From: Gonapodya sp. JEL0774
Lineage: Eukaryota
Length of the DNA stretch: 64,000 bases
Assembly: GCA_027604505.1 (NCBI GenBank)
Contig: JADIIX010000001.1
Span: 558,001-622,000, forward strand
Direction of reading: 5' to 3'
Shown: positions 24,001-35,829 of the stretch, piece by piece
How the letters are laid out: each line of letters starts with the position of its first letter
Numbering within the stretch: the first letter of the stretch is position 1
Program-made: the position numbers and the translations under genes
The notes under the pieces: generated by a model
The model's database searches: none
What the model was told of the DNA's origin: nothing
Seen by the model: only the letters and a program-made list of their open reading frames with translations

Positions 24001-26585
24001 TGCGGAGAATGTGAATCAAACGGTGCTGGTGAGTGGAGATGGTCCGTGCCTTCCACCATATATCCGTTTGCCTTCACTGGTAAAGGCGGTGGGGGTGGTT
24101 GAAGTGGCGTTTGCGAATGGGGCGGAAGTGCCAGGAGAGGAGGGCTCCCAACACGGTCTCTGTCGGAACTTGTTGACCCCGTTTGTACCGTTTGCTGCTG
24201 AGCCTGCCCTTCCCGCACATCTCGGTACGTCCGCTCGTTCGCTCGATCTCCGGCATTACCATAGCCACCAGGATAACCCCCACGATAAGCATACCCATAA
24301 CCACTGCCATATCCCCCCCCGCCATATCCTCCACCACTTTGCCCATAACCCTGGGCACCACTAGGTCGTATCTCCTCTCGCAGCTGAGATTGAGACTGAG
24401 ACAGAGCCTGCTGTTGCATCTGTCCCCATAACCCTCCCGCGCCAGGTCCGGACATCCGACGCGACCTTGGGGTGGTCCTACCGGAAGAAGTTAATTCACC
24501 ATCTTCCAGATCCGCAAGAGAGCGGGTGGGTGGAGGGGGGGGTGGAGGAACGGGGGCGGCGGGCGGTGGCGGAGGTGCCGGAGTGGCGACACTACTATTC
24601 TCCATGCGCGTCAACTCCCGCATGTCGTCGTTTCCTGAAGTCGTTGGAGACAATGGGGGCGGTACGTAAGCAGGGTAAGCCGGGTCATATGCGAACCCGG
24701 GTCCCAGAGCCAGCTTCGTGGGAAAATGTCCGGAGGAGGGCGTGCCAGCCGTGGTGGGAGTCGTCGTCGCGAGCAAAGGCACTGGAGTGAGGAAGATGAC
24801 AGAAGCGGGGAGAGATGTAGGAGGAGCATCGGCGGTAGTAGATGTTGAAAGGGGAGCAGACGGGACAACCACTGACAATGGAGCGGGCGGGTTTTCAGAG
24901 CCCGCGCCAGAAGGCGTCCTCCGCGTAACATATGACGGAGATACAGGAAGAGGGGTGATGGCAGGGGGGGCGGGAGGGTAAAGAGGTCGTTCTCTATCAC
25001 GGTCTCGTTCTCCGCCTCTATCCCGTTCATGTTCTCGTTCCCTCTCCCAATCGCGGTCCCTATCGCGGTCCCTATCCCTCGCGTCCCACCTGCTATGATC
25101 CTCGAAAACCGATCGTGCATCCCGGTGATCTCGAGAGGGGAACCGGCCGTCTCGCTCTCGGCCATCCCAACCATCCCGACTGTCGCGCATACCTCGAGGA
25201 TCCCACCAGTGGTCACGTGCGTCACGCGGGTCATATCGATCATCTCGAGCATCTCGAACATCACGCGCGTTGCGAGGATCCCGCAGGTCATCCCGTCCAC
25301 CCACAACACCCATACCAACACCGGCAGTCCCTGTCCCAAGCCTCTCCATACCTCGTTCTCTCTCTCTCTCTCTTTCCCTATCTCTTTGCCTATCCTCACT
25401 TCCTGAAGCTCCTGCTCCAACTAAGCCTGCAGCCGATGCGGCCTCCCGCTGTCTGGCCCATTCCATCATGACCCCTTGCTGCGAATCCCGATCTCGGGGC
25501 CGATACGAGTCCCCACTAATTCCACTTGACGCCGAGACAGAATGCGCCAAACTAGGTCGATACGAGTCAAAGAGCGACGGAGCCCGCCTATCTCTATCCC
25601 CGCGAACTTCCCGCTCACGGTCACGATATGAGTCAATGCGGTAGCTATCATCGGCTCCACCACCACTAGACAGAGTGCGGCTGAGGTCGCGGCGGGGTAG
25701 GTATGACTCGCGGTCGCGGTCAGTTCGACGGGGTGATACATCCCTGCGGGGTCTGTCCCGGTCGCGGTCACGGTCAAACGGTCGAGAGGGGTCTCGGATT
25801 TCTACATCACGATCGCGACTGTCACGAGGTTCACGATCGCGAGTGTCGCGAGCGTCACGGCTTGAGAGGCGGTAGGAGAAGTCCGTGTTCGAAGCGGACA
25901 GTGAGGTGAGGGAGGTGGAGGAAGGGAATCTGCGAGAGGCGGAATCGGGAGGAGGCGCAGTAGATGAGCTCCAGCCGGCTGGAGGCGGTGGCGGGTCGGG
26001 AAGAGGCGGCGGTGTTGGTGGGCGAGGGGGTTCGGGAGGAGGGTGGGGAAGGGAAGACCCTGCACTGTCCTGGTCGTCCGTTCCCGAACGTGAGAAAGCA
26101 TTTATCCATTGTCCACGAGACGAATGCGGCGCCGAGTGTGAGGGGTACACCGCAGAGGAAGTCGAGGAGGCAGTTGAGAACGAATGACTATTAGGCGGGA
26201 GATGATGGTGGTTGTGGTTACCACCACCGTAGCCGTAGCCCCCAATCCGTCCAGCACTATCGCCTCTCGTGAGTCCTGAAGGTGCTTGCACTACCGTCGC
26301 TGCCGTCGTAGACGGTGGTACAGTTGACTGAATGTATCCACCCAACGATCCACCACCGCTACCAGGAGCACCTACAACACCATTCACGGCCTCAGCGGCA
26401 CCACTGCCTCCCCTGCCTCCATGGTGTCCGTGTCCGAGTCGTTTCTCCTGCATATCGAGGGAGCGAGAAAGTTTGAGATTTGCTCGCCAGGACGGGAGAT
26501 TTGAAGCAGCTGACGACGGAGGAGCAGGGCTCGGTGGTGGAGGCGGTGATGGAGGTGGAGGTGGAGCAGGATGTGGATGTTCCAT
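21039..26585 (-). CDS. Large low-complexity (Pro/Gly/RD-rich) protein with a Shg1/BOD1-like domain and a C-terminal SGF29-like tandem Tudor
   Basis: ORFs 23139-26585, 22892-23173, 21469-22938 and 21039-21425 are joined by GT-AG introns. ITPRLLATAVKRSGAFDILRAKVM is Shg1/BOD1-like. CFIVTVESHNPETGTYIVRD...YSMGQTVWSLY...STEFMKGKII...GIRFAD is SGF29-like. Confidence 0.7.
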
Positions 26586-27235
26586 TTCGATAAAGAAACG
26601 GATTCGACTTCTGCGTTTATTCTGTGAAGGTTCGTTTCACACTCGTTCCAAAGGACGAAAATTGGAGTGAAAATGTCGTAGCTCGCATCAAGATTGGGGA
26701 TAAAATGGACACATTCAAGTAATAACGAATTCGACGCGAAATTTTAGGTCGCCAGAGAAGCAAGGCAAATGGTTGGGTGAGCGATCGTCAGAAGGAACTA
26801 GGGCAGAGATGAACTCCAACATATGTGGATACAATTCGAAATTATATATTATTCTTGACAAACCGGAACTGAACAACAATCGAACAATATTTGCTCCATG
26901 ACATCGTCCGGTTACGCCTCCGCTCCCACATTCCAGACGCCAGCGCTGTGCAATAGCTACCAACCAACAGGAACACCTTAATTCATTCCCCCCTGGTCAA
27001 ATTCCATGTTCACTAAATCTGCTATGTGTGGAAACTCTTGGAATGGGATTCCGGTCTCTCCATCGATCAGCCGTGGAAAACATGGATCTCAACACTGGTT
27101 CGAGCGGTCGCCGTTTCAATTAAATACGATGTCGTACCTGAAGGGAGAATGCGAAAAGAGTATGGAGTCCCATCGGAATAAGTCAGATCATCGTAAGAGC
27201 AAATCAGCATGTCCAGCACCACCATCCCACAACAT

Positions 27236-28954
27236 TCAGAACAGTACCCACTCTTCCACCATACTTCCCACAGCCTCCACCGCGGCACCCGCGACGGCTA
27301 AATCCCTCGCCATATCCTTCGTTCTGAACAAATTTGGTTGCCAGACCACGCCCAGATTACGCGATGTCATTTTGTTGACCGACGATCGAAGAGAGACTTG
27401 GTGTAACGTGGAAAAGACACGACGGAGGAGGGTTTGAGTGGCGGCTGGTAAGGACAAAATAAGATGCCTGCGGAGATAGGCAGGTCTAGAGGCAGGAGGG
27501 AGAGCTTGTTGGGTTTCGAAATTTAATTTGGATGGTGGGTCAGTGAGTTGATTTGGCAGAGTCAACAATAGGTGTTCAGAGACGAGATAGAAATCAATAT
27601 CACATTTTCCAGCTTGCTCAGCTGCTTGGTCACTTTTAGGATGCCAGTAAGCATCGAGGGCATGAGTGCTCGAATACCCCGAAGCTGCTTCTTTCCCTCC
27701 AAGCACCTGTATTATTTAAGCTGTTTCGTCCCCGTCCCTGTCTCCCCCTTCCAATATCTTCAACTCACTTGCAGTTTCAATCAAAGCTTCCACGTGATCC
27801 TCCCGAAACACAGCCTCGGGCATGTCCCTGAAAAACGTCTTAAGCAAACTTCCGGCAACCAGCACATCAAATTTGGACCCTTCTTCTTCTCCTTGCGTCG
27901 AAGGCGAAGAGCCACCTCTGTCCTCGCCAACCATTCTGCCACCGCGGTCATAGACCCGTTTCGCCGCATTGACGTATGCAGTCACTGGACTCTTTCGGAA
28001 AACACCCTCTGTATCCATGTTGCGTTCGACGACAAAGAGACAGTCTTCGACCACTTGCGGGATACCCGAGCCCGTGACCGGAACCTGCTCGAAAGGGACG
28101 CCAAAGACACGAGTTGACGGAGAACCAGGGGTAGATGCAGTGGAAGAGGCAGGATTCAAAGTAGATGAAGGTATGGGAACGGCGGGGACAGATGCCGTGG
28201 AGGCGGAGGCAAGACTGCGAGCGTCAAGCTCCCGAATCGCGATGGGAATGTTGAGCGAGGAGATGGGTAGGTGTGTCGCCAGGCTCGCAATATCGTCACA
28301 CCAATAAATCTTCTTCGCAAACTTTTGAGATACGATGGGCGCAAAGACCTGGAGTAACAGTTTGACCCAATACGAGGCGTGCACGATGAGAAGCTTTTTG
28401 AGGTTCTTCTTGTACTTGCGCTCCAAGTTCTGGTACGCGCGAACAAACCACATTGCACCAGGCATTGTGGATGCGCCACCAGCGAAGAGGACGATGGTAT
28501 AGTCGTCCTGAACTAGCGTGTCGGTCTGGTCCAACATCATTGGGATAAGACGGTCGAGGTCGGTGCTCGAGAGCGGTGGCAGATTAACGAGAGGGCATAT
28601 CAAAACGGGGCGAGATTCATTGTCGGTGCCTTATGTGAGGGGCCGAATCAAGTTGTGTTTCCACATGTGATGGTTCGTGTGGTGAGATTTTTGGCGAGGA
28701 TGATCCACGGTGTGGGAGAAGCAAGTCGCCATTTGCAGACCCAAAACAGAGAAATAGTAAAAAGATCGATGTAAGACTCATGAATGGTTTCGCGGCACAG
28801 AGTCGGAAAGCGACATGAAGGATGTGGGGGACATGGTGGGAACTGCTGGCAGAGCCAGTCCGCCACACTCACCGGCAGTATAAAGAAGTTTTTCTCTCGC
28901 TAGTACTTGCAGCTCCTGGTCGCTCTTTGCAGTTCCATTTGAATTGTTCGCCAT
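27236..28954 (-). CDS. RhoGAP with an N-terminal BCH/CRAL-TRIO (Sec14-like) domain, ARHGAP1/p50RhoGAP-like
   Basis: BCH: DYTIVLF...AYQNLERKYKKNLKKLLIVH...PIVSQKFAKKI. GAP: VFGVP, EGVFRKS (arginine finger), GSLLKTFFRDMPE, NKMTSRNLGVVWQPNL. ATG at 28954 with the first exon ending at a GTGAGT donor. Confidence 0.9.
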
Positions 28955-29972
28955 CCGTTCAAGAGATTGATTGGAGGACCATGATTGTTCTTGCCAGGTG
29001 CCACCACAGCCTCTCCGCCTTCCCGCAGTCACAAAGGCACATCCACCGATGCGTAATATATTATTCAATCTGACATTACTGCCGACGTTAGCGCTCTGGC
29101 TACACCAGCAGCTGCTAGCGGATTTTGCATGCTGTTGATAAACAATGGCTGAAACCCGGCAGTGACATGGTCCGGGAATGCTGACGCGGGTACCTTATCC
29201 CGCTCACCGCCTTCTTTATCCTTCTTTTTCATTAATTTTGGACCACCAGAGGCGGCCTCTGTCCTCTGCAGTTCTTGTGCTATGCGCAGATCCGCAGAGA
29301 AACTCTTCAAGTATGAAACAAAGCACAGATCGTGCAGCACCTGTCCACCGAAAATTAAGACGAAGAATGCAGTCGGGCCTGAATTGATCTTGCCGATGTA
29401 TGGGCGTGTGACACCTTCATTTGAGCATCAATTTGATGCAACCTCACTCACTCCAATCTTCGCGAAGTTGAGAACCATAACCAATATCTTCAAACGACGG
29501 CGCATTATCATGGTCTTCGAGGTTAGTCGAGGTGGATTGAAACATGAAAATCAATCGTGTACTCTGTAACATGACCGACTATTGATGTAATCTATTGAAT
29601 GACACAGTGACTTCCCTCTGTAATCAAAACTTCATCTCAAATTGAATCACCGCTATGGTAACACCCAATCTAGTGGCTCTTTTGTGCTCTTTCTTAGTGT
29701 GTTACCCCGCCGGTGGCTCTTTGAGTGCAAAATATGTAATCAGCAGTGGTAAGTTCGTTTGCCTGGTTAAATGAACGTGAGAGTTCCACGAATGCTCTTT
29801 GCTAAAAATGATTATCTACATTGGTTCAATCAAGACGAACACAGCAAGACACACAACGACTACAAGAAAGTCCAATAACAAGAAGTGAAAGAAGATTGAA
29901 GCCTTCTTCGATTGACTACTGCGAGAAAGATTGATTTCGTTCTTCTCGCGTCCGCCCGTTTCCCCCGGGACA

Positions 29973-32051
29973 TTATATGTTCTGAAATGCTGCCTGAAGT
30001 TCAGCTGCTTCCGCCTCCACCTTTGCTTTAGCTGCTGCAATTTCCGCCTCGACTTTGGCTTTAGCTGCTGCAATTTCCGCCTGCGCCTCGGCTTTAACCT
30101 GGAGCAATGAACAGGAGTGTGAGAAACTGACGCGTCACATAAAATGAGTGATAGACCATATACTCACGGATGCGATTGCTGCCTTCACTTTGTTCGGTTT
30201 GGTAGTTGCAGTAGCAGCTTTTGTCGTCGCAACCACAACACTCGCAGTCGTCGCAGCCTTGACGGTTGGCGCTACAGCATTTGCGGTGATCGCAACCTGC
30301 ACGGTTGCAGGTGCCGTGAACGTTGTAGCCCCTTTTACGGTCGCAGCTCTCTTTGATGTGGCAGCATTTCCCGTGGCTACCTTAACAGTTGTGGCGATCT
30401 TCACCGTTGATGCTGATCTGGCTCCGGCTGCAGATGTCATGGGTCCTGAAGCTGCGACCGGCGGAACGGCAGCGACCCCGTTCTGTATAGCCAAACATAA
30501 TAGCGAGGGTGTATTGTAGGTAACTGATTGTGTCACCCCGTTGGCATCACGGTTGGCAATAATGGGACTTTTCATCGCGGCATTGATGTACTCGGTAGCC
30601 GGTAGCAACCCTGCACAGTTCATCCCCAACCACGAATTCTGGAAGCGCTGGGCCAAAAACGTGTACAGGTCCTTTCCGTTAGCTGGATCGGGTGACGTGA
30701 AACCGACGGTGAAGGGCGCGTCGGTGATGATGCTTGCAGCGTTGATGTCCAGGTATTGTTGACAGTAGGTGGCGGCTTCGAGGGTGGTGCCCGCGCCGGG
30801 ACCCATGTTCACCGCGGCACGATACGCTGTTTGCTTGGCTGGTGTGATGGCGCCATTGACGGTGACCATGGGATCCTAGAAAACATTCAAAGCCACTGTG
30901 AACCTCGGGGAGCTCGGATGAGTCGCAGTTCTACCAGCTCCAACTCACATTTCCAGGAACCAAAGCGATAGCACCAGTCTGAGTTGCCGCTGCTTGCAAT
31001 TCATTCAGTGCCAGCGATCCCACCATCGCACCAGGATCCGCGAGATTGGGAGCCATGTAGGCCGGGCATCCCATGATAGGACGCAGAAATAGGTCAAGGA
31101 GCAGGTTGTCAGAGCCATTGTTGATGTCAACCGCGAGAGTTTTGCTGTTAGCTGCGGTTTTCTGACCAATCGTGGTTCCAGCGTTATCTGTGACCATTGT
31201 CCACAGCGCCGTTAGATTTGAAAACCACTCGTGGCATGTATGGCAAAGTACTCACTGGTGGAATAGGTTGTCACCACGTTATCGGATTGGTCCTGATCCA
31301 CAACCTCAAACGACCGAGTGGTGTAGCAGGGTTTTCCATTTAAGCCCATCCCCAGTGCCGGGATTTGAGGTTTTGCTGCATTTGCTGCGGCAAAGAATTG
31401 TGCCTGCGTGGTGAAAGAAATCGGAAATTGAGAGCAAACTCTACTCGTTCAAGTTCCCTCCGTTTCTTCTCTGCAACTAGACATACCGCATTGCACGCTG
31501 CAAACTGCCCGAATATGTCTCCCTTCACGTTCGGGTTTCCGTTGACACAATTAGCAGCTTTCAGGTCTGCTCCATTGTTTCTATCTTTGAGCGTGGTTGT
31601 GACACCATTTGTACCGAACCAGCAGCCCACGACGGCGTTTGCGGGTAAGACAGGAACCGTGGGCGCGACTGTCTTCTGACCTTGGTTTGCAAGGAGGGGA
31701 GAGTAGACGGAAAGGGCTCCAGTGGCAGGGTCAACGATGGTGCATTCAGCGAAGCTGGGCAAGGTTGAGGAGTTCGGAAGACATTGGGTGTATGTGTGAA
31801 CAACTTGAGAGGACTCGGCGGAGCCGACATGCACATTCCACTCACGTTGGCATGCCTGCTGCATTCTGTGTACAGCCCATTCCAGACACAACCCAAACGG
31901 TCGACAATCCTTTGGCGCTCAATGCATTCGTTGGCAAAGTCACGACGCAGTCTCCTGCAGCTTTTCTCCATTTGCGTGCCGAAATGGGTGCTGCGAGAGT
32001 CAGCGAAGATGAGGCGAGTGTGAGGACAGAAAGAAGGGCCAAGGCAAGCAT
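29973..32051 (-). CDS. Uncharacterised secreted Cys-containing protein, paralog 1 (Thr/Ala-rich linker, EIAAAKAKVEA repeat tail)
   Basis: Signal-like MLALALLSVLTLASSSLTLA; core CVVTLPTNALSAKGLSTVW...VGCWFGTNG...GDIFGQFAACNA...NGSDNLLLD...SLALNELQAA; last exon 30099-29973 ends FQNI*. Confidence 0.85.
30006..30090. repeat. 33-bp coding tandem repeat (~2.5 copies)
   Basis: The minus strand GCGGAAATTGCAGCAGCTAAAGC(C/A)AA(A/G)GT(C/G)GAG unit is repeated; it encodes AEIAAAKAKVE. Confidence 0.8.
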
Positions 32052-32173
32052 GGATAAGAATGGGTTGCAATGGAAGACTCTGGGAAAGAGATATTCGCCA
32101 AAAGAATGAACAGCGTTAATTTATCAAGAGGGGGCATTTTTGATCTTTCCTGGCGTGGTTGATCTATTATGGT

Positions 32174-32482
32174 GTTTTGGTGTTTGTGTTTTGGATCTGA
32201 GAACAAAGCAATATCGGGCGGAAGCCCCATATGGATTCGGTGACACGCGAGAAGAAAGCGGAACACAACAAAATATTCTTTGCATGACGCTTTGCCATGC
32301 ACATGTGACTCAGGATCAATAGATCCTGAAGTGCTCAATGTACACATTCTTATATAAAGTCAATGCTCCAGCTTATGTTCATCTAAGCTCTCTTGCATTC
32401 GTGATACGATACAAATCTCTATCAAATCCCGTCCTCCCACACCATAGTGAGACGTGGTTTTGGCGTTTGTGTTTTGGATCTG
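32174..32482. repeat. Dispersed 26-bp direct repeat upstream of paralog 1
   Basis: gttttggtgtttgtgttttggatctg (32174-32199) vs gttttggcgtttgtgttttggatctg (32457-32482), 1 mismatch. Confidence 0.75.
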
Positions 32483-33062
32483 TGGACACAAATCATGGTC
32501 GCACGCCTCAACCACCAGACCAGCCAGATGACGAAACTATCGATAAATTTTAGTGTCCAACGCCGAGTAAAGACCTTCGAATCAGTTGAGAAGTGGGAAC
32601 ACGCTTTCTCTGCACAACGCCACACTGAATCTGATGTCCAGCGCCGCTTTTATTTTCATGGTCGCCAGTTGCCCCTCAAACTACCTATCACAGTCCTTAC
32701 TTAGAAGAGAAAAACCTGTTGAAATTAATAGAGTTATTGACGCCCTTTGGTCATACTAGTTGCTATCCTACATGACACCTGCTCTTCGTCATTTTCATAG
32801 ACGGACTCGACTACACACAGCCTTTCGCCATGTGCAGTGGCAGAATGGGAGATATCACACTTCGGATCCAATGTCACCAGAGAGAAATGATACATTTACC
32901 AGCTACAATAAAGAATGCAAAGTTTGAAGGCTTGCTATTTTTACACTATCCGCGAAACAAAACATTGCTGACCACGACACGAACGCTTCTAGGATACATA
33001 GACGTGACAGAGGGACCAGCCCCGACATTGCATCAAGAAATTAAGTAACCAACCGACGTTGA

Positions 33063-34889
33063 TCACGCGGCTTGGGTGGTCTTTGCTTTGGCTGCCTTTT
33101 TCGTTTTGGCTGCCTTTGCCTTCGTCGTGGCAGCAGCAGCTTGTCCTCCCGCCTTCGCCTTTGTTGTTGCCGCTGCTACCGCACTGTGTGAAAAAAGTCG
33201 AGAAAATAAACAACAAGCCTTGAGAAGATGGAATACAAGGAACGAAAAGGTTCGGTGACACGCACACTCCGTTCGGGACACCGTTCGCCTTGGCAAGCGC
33301 GACGAGGGCCGCTGTGTTGAAGGTAAGAGACTGCGTAACACCGTTCCCATCTCGGTTGGCGATGATGGGGGACTGAACTTTCGCGTTGAGGTACTGAACT
33401 TTCACGAGGTTCATGCACGTCATGCCAGCCCAAGACGCCTGGAAACGTTGTCCCAAGAAAGTGTACAAGTCTTTCCCGTTTGCTGCGTCGGGGGTTGTGA
33501 AGCCCATCGTGAATTTGGCGTCGGTGATGATGCTCGCGGCGTTGATGTTGAGATAGTTCTGGCAGTACGCAGTGCTCTCGGCCGTGTTTGCAGCACCGGG
33601 ACCCATGTTGACGGCGGCGCGGTATGCAGTTTGTTTACCGGCGTTGGGCTTGGCGTTCACCGTGACCATGGGGTCCTGTGTGCCGTGCAAAAATATGTTG
33701 TGGTGGAAACAAAAACAATCAGCACGCGGGTGGTACGAGAAAATGGCCGAGAAACACCATAAACGTACCACTGGAGGAACCAAGGCTGCCGGGGCAGCTT
33801 GCGTGGCAGCCGCTTGTAGCTCGTTGAGTGCAAGGGACCCGACTTGAGTGCCAGGAGCGGCCAAGTTGGGTGCCGTGAAAGCTGTGCATCCGAGCACCGG
33901 TCGCAAGAACAGGTCAAGAAGCAGATTGTCGGATCCGTTGTTAATGTCCACGGTCAGCGTTTTGGAGTTTGCGGCGGTTTTTTGGCCTATTGTAGTTCCA
34001 GCTTTGTCTGCGAGCAGATGTGGTGGATGTGATGAGCGTACAGATCCGGTCCACACTGAAGGTGGGACACTCACTTGTCGAATATGTGGTGATAACGTTG
34101 TCCGACTGATCCATGTCCACGGTCTCAAATGATCGGGTAGTGTAGCATGGCTTGCCGTTTTTCCCTGTGCCCAGGGCGGGGATGGCTGGGTTTGCTTGGT
34201 TTGCGGCGGCGAAAAATTGTGCCTGCATAGTCGTGCAGATATGGCACGATCAGAGCGGATATCGGCATACCGGAGATTAGTAGAAGAAACCACAAATTTT
34301 TCGATACTCGATGTACGTACCGCATTGCATGCAGCGAACTGTCCAAAGATATCCCCCTTAATGTTAGGGTTCCCGTTGACGCAATTGGCGGCTTTCAGGT
34401 CTGCGCCGTTGTTTTTGTCTTTGAGTGTCGTTGTCATACCATTGGTACCGAACCAGCAGCCCACGACGGCGTTTGCGGGTAGAGTTGGAACGGTGGGTGC
34501 GACCGTCTTTTGGCCCGCGTTTGCGAGGAGGGGCGAATAGACAGATACGGCGCCGGTAGCAGGATCTACGATGGTGCATTCGGCGAATCTGGGAAAGTGA
34601 AGTGAAGTCAAGAATCGAGGGTAACGAAGTACCCGCGTGCGGCGATGAGAATCAACGCCATTATCGAATCACTTCAACGCGAGACTGACGTTGGCATTCC
34701 GTCTGCATTTTGTGTGCATCCCTGTCCAGAAACGATCCACACTGTGGATAGGCCTTTCGCCGTCAAGGCGTTTGGTGGAAGAGTGACGACACAATCTCCG
34801 GCAGCTCGTCGCTCTTTCGATACGGGGACTGCTGAGACAAGAGCGGGTGCTACGAGTGCAAAAAGTGTGATTAGGGCAGTGGAGCGCAT
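33063..34889 (-). CDS. Uncharacterised secreted Cys-containing protein, paralog 2 (Ala/Lys-rich tail)
   Basis: Signal-like MRSTALITLFALVAPALVSA; core highly similar to paralog 1 with introns at equivalent positions; tail AKAAKTKKAAKAKTTQAA*. Confidence 0.85.
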
Positions 34890-35829
34890 TTTAGTTGGAA
34901 GTGGAAGGAAGAAAGTGTCGTGAAGTGGCCGAGGTTCAATGTGCTTTGACTCCCTGCCATATAAACCCCGCCAAGAGAACAATCTCGCCAAGCGGACAGG
35001 GCCTTGATCAGATCTGCAACCCCCGAAAATTTCGGCACTCCAAATAAATTGCTGTATAGTAAGACGAAAACGGGCTGCTTTTCATCCGCACCCGGTGAAC
35101 TTTTGCCAAGACTGCTTGAGTGGATTGCTGTGTCGGTGACGGCTTGCGGCAAGAATGGTATGCTTCGGGTAATGTCACATACCAACACTTTTCACATGGA
35201 CCACTCCACAGGGATCGTGTGTTTGCTTGAAGTCTGGAAAAAAAATGTCGTGGAATGTGTATGAAATATAACGGCAGGCGACAGGGTGTTCGTGCCCCAA
35301 CTGGGTCCGTCATCTGGACGCCCCCTATCATTCGCCGTTCTCACAACTTCAGCGTCCTCTATTTCAGATGTGCGAATCGAATTTTCTTTTCTGCTACTTT
35401 ATCCAACCAACTTGGGCGGGAGATGGATGATGGTGAGTCATCTGCTTTGCGCGACAGGCGGCGGCATCCAGGGATGCTCTTGTGGTGGACCTGATCAATC
35501 TTGCCAAGAAGCACCGGATGCGGATGCCATCAAACATGTTCGTTCCCTGTGAAATTATTTCACAGAAATAACACCAATCATAGATTCCCGGTGGTCATCA
35601 ATTGTTGTCGGGAGAAACGATTTGAATTGATTAACATTCAAATCGACACATATCTATACCCGCTAACGCTCAGCGAAGTGGAGGGGCTATATTTTGAAAT
35701 CATATTCACTTTAATCGTAAACACATACATGCATCCCCTAGATTACACTAAAATCTTCTTCGATTGTCTCAGGCTTCAATATGCACATCACTGTTCTAAT
35801 GAAGTTCCAAAAATTATATATAGTCTCGT

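Noticed and set aside
25357..25373. (TC)n microsatellite
   Set aside because: Simply encodes RERERE in the low-complexity protein
29065..29545. Possible small spliced minus-strand gene (ADLRIAQELQRTE...KKKDKEG) upstream of the RhoGAP
   Set aside because: Could not build a consistent in-frame exon chain or recognise a family
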